Positions 9,461-18,979 of a stretch of 40,975 bases of DNA are shown here, one piece after another. Each line of letters opens with the position of its first letter. The stretch's first letter is position 1. The DNA lies in the IMG/VR virus record IMGVR_UViG_3300038679_000061, positions 1-40,975 of that record. One strand, written 5' to 3'. A model generated the notes under the pieces. That model ran no database searches. It worked only from the letters and a program-made list of their open reading frames with translations, and was not told where the DNA came from. Origin of the DNA: a virus. Lineage: Duplodnaviria > Caudoviricetes. A program made the translations under genes and the position numbers.

Positions 9461-9981
9461 TTCGTGGGCTCCTGAAGGGATTGCGAGAATTTCGAGAGAG
9501 AGCGGTCGAGATCGGTGGGCGTTAACCACGCGGCGCCTGGCTGCTGTTGCGCCGGCTGGCTGGCCGTTGTGTGACTGGCGGCTGCGGGGCGTGGGGTCGA
9601 ACGGTTGCTGGCTTGCCGCTGATCCTCAAGCGCTGCCACCTGGTCGCTCAGCTCGGCCACCTGGTCATCGAGCGTGTCGATGCGGTCCACGAGCTCGGCC
9701 AACGGATTGATCCGCACCGCGGCGGGCTGCACGGCGCTGGGTCTTTGCGCCAGGTCAGGTGCATCGCTGCAGGTGTTGAGCAGCACGACCGCGAGCACGA
9801 CAGCTGCCAGCGCGACCCAGGCCAAGGCCGTAGCCGCTGACCGGTTGCCGGTGTTGCGCCAGACAAAGACCTTGGCGCGCAGGGCTTCCCACGCCCTGCC
9901 GCTGCGCTGCCACAGCGCGGTCAGCGCAGCGCGGGCGAAGGCGGACGACGCCGCCGCAGAATGAGTAGATGGATCGCTCAT
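9457..9981 (-). CDS. Membrane-anchored coiled-coil protein
   Basis: AAAGGAG RBS; one hydrophobic segment (ALAWVALAAVVLAVVLL) followed by heptad repeats (LVDRIDTLDDQVAELSDQVAAL). Confidence 0.7.
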   Translation of the reverse strand: MSDPSTHSAAASSAFARAALTALWQRSGRAWEALRAKVFVWRNTGNRSAATALAWVALAAVVLAVVLLNTCSDAPDLAQRPSAVQPAAVRINPLAELVDRIDTLDDQVAELSDQVAALEDQRQASNRSTPRPAAASHTTASQPAQQQPGAAWLTPTDLDRSLSKFSQSLQEPTK

Positions 9982-9991
9982 CGCATCTCCT

Positions 9992-10396
9992 TTAAAAAGC
10001 ATCGGTGGTGAGAAACCGGAAGACCGGCAGGAAGTACTCGTCGGGCGTTTGCTCGCCGTCGGCCAGGAGCCAGACCGGTGTGGCCTCGAAGCCGCCCTGC
10101 TCGTGATCGAACATGACCTGGCGCGATACGCCACGCAGCACCAGCGTCAGCTTGATGCCCGGCAGTGCCGCCCACAGCTCAAGCGACTCGCACAGAGATC
10201 GCGTGATCCACGCCTTGGAATCCACGCCATCGAGCGTGATCTGGCGGCCAGCCAAGCGCACGCCCACGTGCACCAGCAACGCGCCGGTGGTGCCGGGCCC
10301 GGTGACTTGCTTGACGGGAGACTGGCCGAACTCATCCAGCCAGATGAGCCGATCACCCAGGTGAGCGGTGGTGCCGTTGTAGGTGAGGGTGATCAT
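9992..10396 (-). CDS. Distal tail-like protein
   Basis: MITLTYNG start overlaps the tape measure stop; WLDEF, GALLV and AGRQITL motifs. Confidence 0.75.
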   Translation of the reverse strand: MITLTYNGTTAHLGDRLIWLDEFGQSPVKQVTGPGTTGALLVHVGVRLAGRQITLDGVDSKAWITRSLCESLELWAALPGIKLTLVLRGVSRQVMFDHEQGGFEATPVWLLADGEQTPDEYFLPVFRFLTTDAF

Positions 10397-13260
10397 CTCG
10401 ACGATCTCCCAGCCGCGTTTTCCAGTTCTTTCAGCATTGCGGCGGCTGCTGCCGCGTCGTCGGCACTGGCGGCCCTGAAGGATCGTTTGCGACCACCACC
10501 CAGATCGACCTTGACGTTGTGTGTGGTGTTGTTTCCGCCGCCCTGGCCAGCGCCGCCCTGACCGCTGCTGCCACCCGCGCCCACGGCCGTGTTCGCCAAC
10601 TGTTGCTCCAGCTGCTGGCGCACGGCGCGCCACTTCGCTCGGTCGGCCATGCCCTCCAGCGAGAACCCTCCGGGGTTCATGCGGTCAACATCCCTGTCGA
10701 TCTGCTCGTTTTGCTCCAGGGCCGCGATCGCTGCGCGGATGTCAGCGTTGTCAGCCTCGGTCAGTGCGCCGCGCTTGAGCTTGGCTTCGAGTTCGAACAG
10801 CAACGAGTTGTCTACGGCGTTCTGACCAGCCAAGCGCTCTTCGCGGGTGTTGCCCGTGACCGAGCCGCCCTCTGGTCTGGCGTATTTGTCTGGCCCCAGT
10901 GGGCTTTCGTATCTTGCGTTGATCTCCGCAAGCTTCTTTGCCGACTCTGCAGCTTGTTCCGCGCTCTGGGCCATGTTCCGATAGCCACCTGCCGCACCAT
11001 TGGCCGCATCGCCCGCACCACGGGTGGCGTCGGCGGCATCGTTCATGCTGCGAACAATGGTCTTCCCGGCCGAGTCGGTGGTGACTTCGAACCCACGCAC
11101 AGCAGCCTGGCTCTTTGCGAACGCCAGAGCAGCAGAATCACCCGACGCGATCGCCGCGTTGGCCATCTTCTCGAATGCCTGCGCCTGTTCACGCGCACTG
11201 CCACCCGTTTTGACCACTTCTTCATAGAGCGCTCGGGTGTCGGTCGCAGCCTTCTTCAGCTCGGTGTCGCTGGTGATGCCCAGCTTCTTGAGTGCACCAT
11301 CGAGCCCACTCAAAGCTCCCGTTGCCTTTTTGGCCTGGTCTTCAATCTGTGACAACAGCCCATTGGCCACCTGGTTGCCCAGCGTACTGCGCAGTTGCTC
11401 CACGCGATCTCGCAGCGCAGTGATGGCTGCCTGGCTGTCGGCGGTCTTGATCGCCTTGGAAAGACTGGCCTCCAGTGCCCTGCCAACGTCCACGCCTTGG
11501 GTCTTGAGCTGGTCCAGGCTCGCAATGATGGTGTCTGTGTCGTTGATGGCGCTGCGAGCTGCTTTGCTCATTCCCCCGGCGAGCGCATCGAAGTCCTCTC
11601 CGCTCCGGCGAATCGCCTCACGCAGCGTGGCGTCCATGATGGCGGCGACCCGCTCAGACTCGCGGGCCGTTCCATCCAGCGCCGCCTTCGCCTTGACTTC
11701 AAAGGCCACCAGGTCTTCACCCTTGAGCGCGTCGACCCAGGCCTGTTTGAATTGCTCAGCGCTGATCTTCCCGTCAGCCTGCAGCTTGTCGAGCACCGCT
11801 GCCGCGTTCGCAATACCCGGCTGGCTGGCCAGGTCAAAGTCCTTCCCGATCTCTGCCACGGCTTCAGCGACCGATTTGCCGCTGCGCAACATGTCATCAA
11901 AGACCGCCAGCGAACTCCTGGCCGCGGCGCTCAGCTGGAACTGGGCTTCGATGGCTGCCCTGTTGGCCGCGGTCTGTGCGTCAGCGATGCGCCGGTTCTC
12001 TTCGGCCACTTGAGCGCGCGCGCGATCAGCCTGCGCCAACTCTTCAGTAAGGTCTTTGTACCCGGCCAGCTTCGCCGCCGATTCACCGATCCAGGTGCCA
12101 ATGTCCTGGATGTTCGTCAAGATGCCCAGGAGCGTAAAGGTCTTGAGGCTCCCAAGGATTGCGGCGAACCGTCCAATACCAGCTGCAGCACCAGCGCTGG
12201 CGGCGTTGGCCGCCGTCATGGCCGCCGTGTTGGCCGCGATGGCCGTGGCAGATGTCGCTGCCGCTGCGCCAATACCCAGGAAGGTCTGAGCGAGTCTCAG
12301 GGCCGCAAAAGCTGCCGCCGCCTGGCCGGCGTCGATCAGGTAGCCGGCCACCGTATCAAGGTTCTCTGCCAGAGCGCCGATCGCCCCGGCCGCCAGCTTG
12401 CTCGCCCCTGTGGCCTTGTCGGCTTCTCCGACATAGATCGTCCAGCTGGTGGACAGGTTTTGAAGCGCTCGGCCCACGGTCGGGGGCAGCGTCTCAAACT
12501 CACCTTTGAGCGTGTCCGCCTGGCTCTTGAGAGCGGTGGTGACCACCTCTGTGGTCAGACGGCCTTCGTTGGCCATCTTGCGCAGTTCGCCGGTGGTGAC
12601 ACCGAGCCCGTCCGCCAGAGCTTTTGCAAGCCTGGGGGACTGCTCCATCATCGAATTGAATTCTTCGCCCCGCAGCAGCCCGCTCTGCAGGCCCTGGATG
12701 AGCTGCACGACCGCTGCATCGCTGGCCTGGGCGCTGGCACCCGACAGCTGCACCGCCTGGTTGATCGACTCGGTCAGAGACAGCGCCTGCGCCTGCGCCT
12801 CTTGGGCGCTCTGGCCTGCGTTCTTGCCAGCGTCGGTGAGCCGAGCAAACAGGTTCCCGGTGTTCTGCAGACTGCTGTTGGTTCGCAGGGCGATGTCGGT
12901 GACACCCTCCATCGCCCGATCAAACGCTTCCCCTTCCCCGGTGGCCAGCTTGATCCGCGCGGCCAGATTGGCGTACTCATCAGCCGTTTCGGCCACGTCC
13001 TTGATCAGGCTGGTCAGAACGTTACCGCCCTGAAACAGCACCACAGCTTTTTGAACGAAGGCCAGCTGCTCAGAGATGCTCTTGATGCCGTCTGCAGCTT
13101 TGGCGCCCCGGCGCTGCAGGCTGTCCAGCACCGGGTCGGCAGCTGCGCCCGCGCGCTTGGCTGCTGGATCGATGGACCCCATCGACGACGCCACGCCCTT
13201 CAGAACAGGCGAGGCCTTGTCCGTGGCGTCAATGCGTATCTCAACCTTTTCAGTCGCCAT
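10393..13260 (-). CDS. Tail tape measure protein
   Basis: 955 aa, Ala-rich helical; tape measure domain motif QLIQGLQSGLLRGEEFNSMMEQSPRLAKALADGLGVTTGELRKMANEGRLT. Confidence 0.92.
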   Translation of the reverse strand: MATEKVEIRIDATDKASPVLKGVASSMGSIDPAAKRAGAAADPVLDSLQRRGAKAADGIKSISEQLAFVQKAVVLFQGGNVLTSLIKDVAETADEYANLAARIKLATGEGEAFDRAMEGVTDIALRTNSSLQNTGNLFARLTDAGKNAGQSAQEAQAQALSLTESINQAVQLSGASAQASDAAVVQLIQGLQSGLLRGEEFNSMMEQSPRLAKALADGLGVTTGELRKMANEGRLTTEVVTTALKSQADTLKGEFETLPPTVGRALQNLSTSWTIYVGEADKATGASKLAAGAIGALAENLDTVAGYLIDAGQAAAAFAALRLAQTFLGIGAAAATSATAIAANTAAMTAANAASAGAAAGIGRFAAILGSLKTFTLLGILTNIQDIGTWIGESAAKLAGYKDLTEELAQADRARAQVAEENRRIADAQTAANRAAIEAQFQLSAAARSSLAVFDDMLRSGKSVAEAVAEIGKDFDLASQPGIANAAAVLDKLQADGKISAEQFKQAWVDALKGEDLVAFEVKAKAALDGTARESERVAAIMDATLREAIRRSGEDFDALAGGMSKAARSAINDTDTIIASLDQLKTQGVDVGRALEASLSKAIKTADSQAAITALRDRVEQLRSTLGNQVANGLLSQIEDQAKKATGALSGLDGALKKLGITSDTELKKAATDTRALYEEVVKTGGSAREQAQAFEKMANAAIASGDSAALAFAKSQAAVRGFEVTTDSAGKTIVRSMNDAADATRGAGDAANGAAGGYRNMAQSAEQAAESAKKLAEINARYESPLGPDKYARPEGGSVTGNTREERLAGQNAVDNSLLFELEAKLKRGALTEADNADIRAAIAALEQNEQIDRDVDRMNPGGFSLEGMADRAKWRAVRQQLEQQLANTAVGAGGSSGQGGAGQGGGNNTTHNVKVDLGGGRKRSFRAASADDAAAAAAMLKELENAAGRSSR

Positions 13261-13277
13261 GGGGTAACATGATTTCT

Positions 13278-13430
13278 ATGTACAAGTTGACCTTGCTGTT
13301 GCTGTGTCTGGCCTTCCTGGCCGCTGCTGGCGGTGCTGTCGGCCTGGGCATGGCTCTGGGTGTGTTGGGCTTTGGCATGGGCTTGCTGACCCTTGTGCTT
13401 TCCGCGTGGACAGTCCTCTCGCACCGATGA
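13278..13430 (+). CDS. Small hydrophobic two-TM protein (50 aa moron, antisense to the tail operon; not in the ORF track)
   Basis: MYKLTLLLLCLAFLAAAGGAVGLGMALGVLGFGMGLLTLVLSAWTVLSHR; TAACAT -10-like hexamer at 13265-13270; alternative ATG at 13269. Confidence 0.55.
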   Translation: MYKLTLLLLCLAFLAAAGGAVGLGMALGVLGFGMGLLTLVLSAWTVLSHR

Positions 13431-13434
13431 AGTG

Positions 13435-13487
13435 ACTGTCTCTCGCCAAGCACAAAAAGCTAAGGCCGACATAAGTCGGCCTTAGCT
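13435..13487 (-). promoter_or_regulatory. Late promoter 3 (tail): palindromic activator site plus -10 GACAGT; also terminator-like
   Basis: AGCTAAGGCCGAC-ATAA-GTCGGCCTTAGCT; GACAGT 19 nt downstream on the minus strand, same spacing as the two other copies. Confidence 0.75.
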
Positions 13488-13511
13488 GCTTCTGGAGGGA
13501 AAGATTGAAGG

Positions 13512-14519
13512 TCAGGCCTTGCGCACCCGATAGAACTTGCTGGTGTCTTCACCCGTCTTCGTGGGGTCTTCCACCAGGGTGCCCTTGACAGGCAGCGTGG
13601 AAAATCCCTTCTCGGCCAGCAGCGCGATGCTCGATGCCACGCCTTGGCTCACGCGCCAGATGTCCACGACAGAGGGCTTTTTCGTTCCCGTCTCGTTCAG
13701 CCCTTCAAACATGAGCTCCAGCTCTGCCGCCTCGGCGGTCAACGCTTCGATGACCGCATAGCTGCCGTAGTCGTAGGCCAGGAACACCGTGTCGTCTTCA
13801 GCAAGGCCGGCTGCCTCGGGGTACACATACACACTGGCCGTGTCCACTTCATAGTTGCCAGCAGCCGCCACCAGGTCACCGGTCGGGTGTTGGTAGCTGA
13901 CCCAGAAGGCCTGTCCGTTCGTGACACCCGGCGCGTCGGCCGCCACCTGGATCTGGCTGCCGCCGTTGACCACGGTGTAGTTGCCGGCCGCCGTGAGCTC
14001 GGTGGCCGAGCCCAAGTCGGCACCCGTTTTAACGACGACGTTCGAGACATCGCTGTTCTCCAGCGTGATCAGATCGCCCTTGTCCACGTCCAGGTGCTCT
14101 TCGTCGGTCACGGTCGCGGTTCCAGGCGCAGCGCCCTTGTAAACACGGACGTTCGTGATGTCCATGTGAGCGGTGCGCAGCTTGCCGCCCAGTTGCACCG
14201 TGTGCTGCTCCGCCGCCACCGATCCGCTCTCCACACCATGCACCGCAGCCTGGCAGGCGCGGGCAACGTTGGTCACGTTCGAATCAGCCAGCTGCATCTC
14301 GATCTGAGCGGCAGTGACGCGGCGCAGAGAAGCGTAGGCACCACCGCCCCGTCGCGTCATGTTCGGCTGCGTCTCTTCGCTTTCGGCATGCGTCAGCTCC
14401 AGCTTCAGCACGTTGCCGATGGGGAAGAAGCTCCCCGTCGTGCCGTACTTGCGGGCAGATACCTGGCCGACCAAGGCGGTCGGCTCGAAAACGCGCTTGA
14501 TGATATTTTGCGAACTCAT
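13512..14519 (-). CDS. Major tail tube protein with inserted duplicated Ig-like segments
   Basis: PIGNVLKLEL N-terminus and LMFEGLNE...VDIWRV C-terminus; internal AAGNYTV/AAGNYEV repeat; lies before the tape measure gene. Confidence 0.8.
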   Translation of the reverse strand: MSSQNIIKRVFEPTALVGQVSARKYGTTGSFFPIGNVLKLELTHAESEETQPNMTRRGGGAYASLRRVTAAQIEMQLADSNVTNVARACQAAVHGVESGSVAAEQHTVQLGGKLRTAHMDITNVRVYKGAAPGTATVTDEEHLDVDKGDLITLENSDVSNVVVKTGADLGSATELTAAGNYTVVNGGSQIQVAADAPGVTNGQAFWVSYQHPTGDLVAAAGNYEVDTASVYVYPEAAGLAEDDTVFLAYDYGSYAVIEALTAEAAELELMFEGLNETGTKKPSVVDIWRVSQGVASSIALLAEKGFSTLPVKGTLVEDPTKTGEDTSKFYRVRKA

Positions 14520-14522
14520 GGG

Positions 14523-14732
14523 TCAATCCTTGTTGCTGATGTGGGTGGTGGTGGGTGATACGACGCCGGCATCGCGCAGCCAGCGGGCGGTTTCGGGGTG
14601 CACCGAGATCTCGGCTCCAGGCGGGTGCTTCTTGCCCAGGTGCGTGTGCTCGCGGTCGAGCCTCACGCGCTCCATGGCGGGCGTCTTGGCGCGCCGCCTG
14701 GTCGGCTGCTTTTTCGGGGGTTGTGTGCTCAT
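14523..14732 (-). CDS. Small virion protein
   Basis: Coupled ORF; HTHLGKKHPPGAEISV...ARWL motif. Confidence 0.65.
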   Translation of the reverse strand: MSTQPPKKQPTRRRAKTPAMERVRLDREHTHLGKKHPPGAEISVHPETARWLRDAGVVSPTTTHISNKD

Positions 14733-15244
14733 CGCTTTCTCCATTCGACCCAGTTGTTGGTCTTGAACTCCAGTGCGGCGCTGTGGCACAGCAGCCCGGC
14801 GAAGATCACCGGGCCAGCGTTGGCCACCTGCACACCGCGCTCCTGGAATGGGCCGGCGCCGATCAGGCCGGGCAGGCCCAGCGAGTTGTCCACGCGCACG
14901 GCATCGCGCATGCGCTCGACCAGCTCGTCAAAGATCAGCTCGCTGCTGATCGCGTCTTTAAACGACAGGTAGCCGCGCACCAGCCAGGTGTGTTCGTTCA
15001 GGATTTGGCCGTTGCTGGTCGTCTCAGCGGTCCCCGTGCGCCGGATGTACCAGCCCCGGATGTGCGGCTCCGCCGCGAAGTCGTCCGCGGTCGGGTCGGC
15101 GTGCGTGTACTGGTAGGCCTGTTTAAACCCCTGCTCGCTGCTGGCGTAGCGCTCGCATGGGTGCACCATGCCCGCAGCGGGTACTGCGCTCAGCAGGGCC
15201 TGCAGCGCGGTGCGCGTGGCGGCCAGGGTGGATGGCGTGCTCAT
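14729..15244 (-). CDS. Tail terminator / neck protein
   Basis: Position between the gp10-like gene and the tail tube; PVIFAGLLCHSAAL motif. Confidence 0.7.
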   Translation of the reverse strand: MSTPSTLAATRTALQALLSAVPAAGMVHPCERYASSEQGFKQAYQYTHADPTADDFAAEPHIRGWYIRRTGTAETTSNGQILNEHTWLVRGYLSFKDAISSELIFDELVERMRDAVRVDNSLGLPGLIGAGPFQERGVQVANAGPVIFAGLLCHSAALEFKTNNWVEWRKR

Positions 15245-15744
15245 GCTGCGCCGCCCCCAACCATGAAGTCGGCAATGCGCCCGGCAGCCCGTTCAAACAT
15301 CGCCACGATCTGGCCCGTGGTGGACTCCACCGCCCGCCCCATGGGCCGCTGCGCTGGGGTGCCCTTCTTGGCGATCTTGCGCGCCACCAGGAATGCCACG
15401 CGCTTGACCTCTTTGGGGTCGGTGATGCCCAGCACCGCCTTCACCCAGGGCACCATCGCCTCCACGGGCGGCATGTGCGGCTTGGTGCCCAGCTCCAGGA
15501 AGAGGGCGCTGGGCTGGCTGCTGGCCACAACACCCAATACCCCGACCGGCGTGCTGAATGTGTCGCTCGTGATGCTCGATGCCGTCAGGCCCGAGACGCG
15601 AGGCAGGTTCTCCTGCCACTCCCGCTGTGCCAGCAGCGTGGCCTCGGTCATGGCTTCGAGTAGCACCTGGCGGGTGTACGCCGGCGCCTGGGCCAGGCCC
15701 CGCGCGATCGCCTGCAACCCGGAGATGCTGATGGTCAAGCTCAC
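15241..15744 (-). CDS. HK97 gp10-like / Mu gpG-like neck protein
   Basis: GTG start overlapping the upstream stop; FLELGTKPHMPP and ARKIAKKGTPAQRP motifs. Confidence 0.8.
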   Translation of the reverse strand: MSLTISISGLQAIARGLAQAPAYTRQVLLEAMTEATLLAQREWQENLPRVSGLTASSITSDTFSTPVGVLGVVASSQPSALFLELGTKPHMPPVEAMVPWVKAVLGITDPKEVKRVAFLVARKIAKKGTPAQRPMGRAVESTTGQIVAMFERAAGRIADFMVGGGAA

Positions 15745-16424
15745 AGCCCACCTCGCTGCACCAGGCGGTGGCGCGGGTTGCGGCTGGGCCAGCTCACCAC
15801 GCCCGCAGCCGCAGACCCGGGCGCGCTGCCACCGCCCGTGGCCTTGAAGGGGTCGGCCAGGCCAATGCCCACGTAGTAGGCCGAGCGCAGCTCCTTGGAG
15901 CGTGCGGCGAACTCGCGCGCCCGCGTCTCGGTCATGCTGGCGTCCGAGCCCAGCATGGTCTCGCGCTGCGCGCTGTAGTAGGTGGCCAGCTGGTGGCAGA
16001 GCAGGTGCGCCGCATACTGCGCCACCGCCAGGCGGTGCATCACGGGCACGGTGTCCGCCGTAGCCGACAGTTCGTGTTCGGCCATGAACGTCACGCGCAC
16101 CGTGTCGCCCACCGGCACGAATGTGGCCGCCATGAGCTGCCAGCCTTCCGGCGACATGTAGGCCGCCACGTCGATCAGCGACATCGGGTCGCGGCCGATC
16201 GGGTACTCGGCCTGCTTGACCCACGCGCTTTCCGTCCATCCCGGCGGCACCGGGGCCAGGGAGTTCGCCGCGAACATCACGTCGTCCACCATGAGTCGCG
16301 GCCGGTCCGCGCTGTACTGCAGGCGCGCCGCTTCCAGCGCGCGGGCGCGCGTATCTGTATTGAGCACCTCGCCCTGGTCGCGCGCGAGGTCACTGAGCAG
16401 GGCTTGGAAGTCGGCCAGGGCCAT
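15741..16424 (-). CDS. Head-tail connector / adaptor protein
   Basis: First gene after the capsid gene; helical adaptor-like sequence. Confidence 0.65.
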   Translation of the reverse strand: MALADFQALLSDLARDQGEVLNTDTRARALEAARLQYSADRPRLMVDDVMFAANSLAPVPPGWTESAWVKQAEYPIGRDPMSLIDVAAYMSPEGWQLMAATFVPVGDTVRVTFMAEHELSATADTVPVMHRLAVAQYAAHLLCHQLATYYSAQRETMLGSDASMTETRAREFAARSKELRSAYYVGIGLADPFKATGGGSAPGSAAAGVVSWPSRNPRHRLVQRGGL

Positions 16425-16451
16425 GGGTTCGGTTGGTGTTTAAAAGTCGGC

Positions 16452-16550
16452 TGGGTTGCCAAAGGCTCCGGGTGTGGGGCCTTTGACAACCCACCCCTTG
16501 CGGGGCGGGCCGGGCTGTTTCACTGGGGAGAGCCGCCCCCCTTGCGCGGG
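16452..16550 (-). ncRNA. Structured RNA element downstream of the major capsid gene (candidate Mu-gpT-DE-like motif)
   Basis: Long stem 16452-16493 (TGGGTTG-C-CAAAGGC...GCCTTTG-A-CAACCCA) plus two GCAA-loop hairpins on the minus strand in a 169-nt intergenic gap. Confidence 0.4.
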
Positions 16551-16593
16551 CCACTGCCGTGTGCGCACATCGCTCCTGGATGAGTCCAGTACG

Positions 16594-18972
16594 TCAGGCC
16601 ACAACGGCCTTGGTGGTGCCCTTCTCGCCGTCCACCAGCACGGCGCCGCCGTAGATGTGGCGGATCTTGTAGGTCAGCTTGTCGTTGCTGAACATGGAGC
16701 CCTGATTCGGCGTGTCCTGCACGAACAGCTCCGGATCCTCTCGACCGTCCAGGAAGCCGATCTCCAGCACCGGCAGCACGGTCGGGCTGGCGACCGTGCA
16801 CCAGTCGGTGGCGTCGGTCCAGTAGTCCACCGGAATCACGTCCGGGTTGATCGTCTGAACGAAGGTCTTGTCCAGGTTCTGGTTGCGCACAAACAAGTTG
16901 AACGCCAGCTCCTGCAGCTCAAACGGCACCAGGATGGAGGCCGGGCCGGTGGCCAGGCGCTTGCCGCTGCCCGTGCGGGTCTGCTTGAGCATCGCCAGGC
17001 GGTGTGCCGCAAACTCTGCGGCCGACAACGCAACTGTGAAGAGGTTGGCATGGTCCGCGTGGTACAGCGCCTTGGCGTCGTGGATCGTCGGATTGCTGCG
17101 GAAGAAGTCGAACACGAACTCATACAGCGTGTTCTTCGCAGCCAAGGCCAGCTCGACGGGGATACGGCGCAGCGCCTGCACGTCGTCGTTCTTGATCGCT
17201 TCCAGCGTCACGTCTTCGGTGCCGCCACGCTTGGTCACCGCGTAGGTAGCCTTGTCGTCGCCAGGCGATGTCAGCGCAGCATAGGGGTCCCCCTGTGCCA
17301 CAGCGGGCAGGTTGCCGTAGCCGCCGATGCGCACGCGTTCCTGAGTGCGGAAGTCGTTCACCGGGCCCCAGGTGGCCACCTTCTTCCAACTGTCCAGGTT
17401 CGTCAGACCGGTGTACACGGCCTGCATGCGTCGAGTGATGCTGTCGCCCAGCGCGTCGCCAAAGGTGGTGCTCGCGATGGACTCGCGCATCACACCCAGG
17501 CTCTCGGCCATGCGGCCCTGGTCGCACTCGCGCATCTGCCCGGTCACGCGGCGGTCGCCCGTGATCTCGATGTAGCACTCGCGCAGCGACTGCACGTTGC
17601 GGTGCTCCTTGTGGACCGGATCAAAGAACGCGTCCAGCATGTCGCGGATCATGGTCGGGCGGTCTTGCTCCGAGCTCGTGCCACGCACGAAGTCGGGCAC
17701 GCGCACCGCGCCGCTCTCGGTCATGCGGGCGATGTACTCACCCTCGGCCTTGATCAGGTCGCCCACGGCCGCTTCGGTCAGCCGGTCGGCGCCGGCCGCT
17801 GCGATCTGCGCCTGCAGGCGCTCCTTGGCCGCCTGGGGCAGCTTGGCGGTAGCGATGCGCTCGCGGGCGGCACCGCGCAGGGTGAACACCTGCAGATCAG
17901 CCCGGGTCAGCGGGGTGTCGTCGCCCTTGGCTTCGATCATGCGCGTGCCATCAACGGGCACCAGCGGGCCGCACACGGCTTCGTACAGTTGGGTCACTTC
18001 GTCGTCGGTGACGGTGTCCATGTTGATGGCGGCATGCTTCGCCGGGTCTTTGGCCTTGACGGCCTCCAGCATGCGTTGCTTCCAGAGAGGCATTGCTTCT
18101 TCCTTCGGGTTGGTGATGGTTGGTCCGGCGGCGGCTTCGACAAGACGATCCAGGCCGCCGCCAGCGCCCGGTTCGACAATCAGGTCAACGGAGTCCACCT
18201 TCAAAAAGCGAACGGCCTCGCGGAGCTGTTCGGCTCCCTGAACGCGCTTCTTGGTGCGGGCTGTGGCATCGATCGACAGGCCCAGCAGGTTCTGCATGCC
18301 GCGCTTGACGGCCTCGACCATCTTGGTGACCACCGGATCGGCCGGGTTGATGGGCTTGAAGGTGCCCACCAGAGCGCCCGAGTCGACCCCCTTGCCTTCG
18401 ACGAAGCGCACGCCATAGATGGCGCCCAGCAGCTTGTCCACAGCCTTGCCCTGGCCCTTGATGTGCTCGGCGTCCGTCTTGTTGAAGACACGCACGCCCT
18501 CGAACATCGGCGCGCCTTCGCGCAGCACCGCATCGGGGTAGTAGTTGCTGTTGGCGCTGCGCCCGGCACGAACCAGCGTCACCTCGATCGAGCCATCGCT
18601 GGCTTCGCGAAAAGTGGCTGTGGCGTCGGCCGCGACGGCTTCACGCACCGGAGCTGCAGGAGCGGCAAGTGTGGCGGGGGTGGGAGCGCCCACCGGTTGG
18701 AAGTTGGCAACGACCTCGACCGCTTCGCCCAACGCCACGGTGTTGTCCGCGTTGAGTGTGTAGCTGTAGCTGTACGTCCGACCCTTGAACTGCACCACCA
18801 CCTGGTCAGGCCAGATGCCGCGCACGTCCACGTAGTAGTCGCCATTGGCTGACAAGCGCAACTTGTCACGCACTGCCTGGCGCAGCAGCTCGATGAGCTG
18901 GCCGTATTCCGTGGTCACGGCCTCGGTGAGGCGCGCGAAGCCCAGGCCTGCGGGAATGAGTTTGAACCCCAT
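16594..18972 (-). CDS. Fused prohead protease-scaffold-major capsid protein (Mu gpT-like capsid C-terminus)
   Basis: Protease-like motifs in the N-terminal half (NYYPDAVL, GLSID, SVDLIVEPGAGG); helical scaffold; capsid-type C-terminus (VNDFR, EAIKNDD, YKIRHIYG). Confidence 0.85.
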   Translation of the reverse strand: MGFKLIPAGLGFARLTEAVTTEYGQLIELLRQAVRDKLRLSANGDYYVDVRGIWPDQVVVQFKGRTYSYSYTLNADNTVALGEAVEVVANFQPVGAPTPATLAAPAAPVREAVAADATATFREASDGSIEVTLVRAGRSANSNYYPDAVLREGAPMFEGVRVFNKTDAEHIKGQGKAVDKLLGAIYGVRFVEGKGVDSGALVGTFKPINPADPVVTKMVEAVKRGMQNLLGLSIDATARTKKRVQGAEQLREAVRFLKVDSVDLIVEPGAGGGLDRLVEAAAGPTITNPKEEAMPLWKQRMLEAVKAKDPAKHAAINMDTVTDDEVTQLYEAVCGPLVPVDGTRMIEAKGDDTPLTRADLQVFTLRGAARERIATAKLPQAAKERLQAQIAAAGADRLTEAAVGDLIKAEGEYIARMTESGAVRVPDFVRGTSSEQDRPTMIRDMLDAFFDPVHKEHRNVQSLRECYIEITGDRRVTGQMRECDQGRMAESLGVMRESIASTTFGDALGDSITRRMQAVYTGLTNLDSWKKVATWGPVNDFRTQERVRIGGYGNLPAVAQGDPYAALTSPGDDKATYAVTKRGGTEDVTLEAIKNDDVQALRRIPVELALAAKNTLYEFVFDFFRSNPTIHDAKALYHADHANLFTVALSAAEFAAHRLAMLKQTRTGSGKRLATGPASILVPFELQELAFNLFVRNQNLDKTFVQTINPDVIPVDYWTDATDWCTVASPTVLPVLEIGFLDGREDPELFVQDTPNQGSMFSNDKLTYKIRHIYGGAVLVDGEKGTTKAVVA

Positions 18973-18979
18973 GGCGGGC

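Noticed and set aside
16456-18852. Long plus-strand ORFs opposite late genes (e.g. 798 aa here, 625 aa at 11395-13272)
   Set aside because: Antisense shadows of high-GC coding genes; no recognisable motifs
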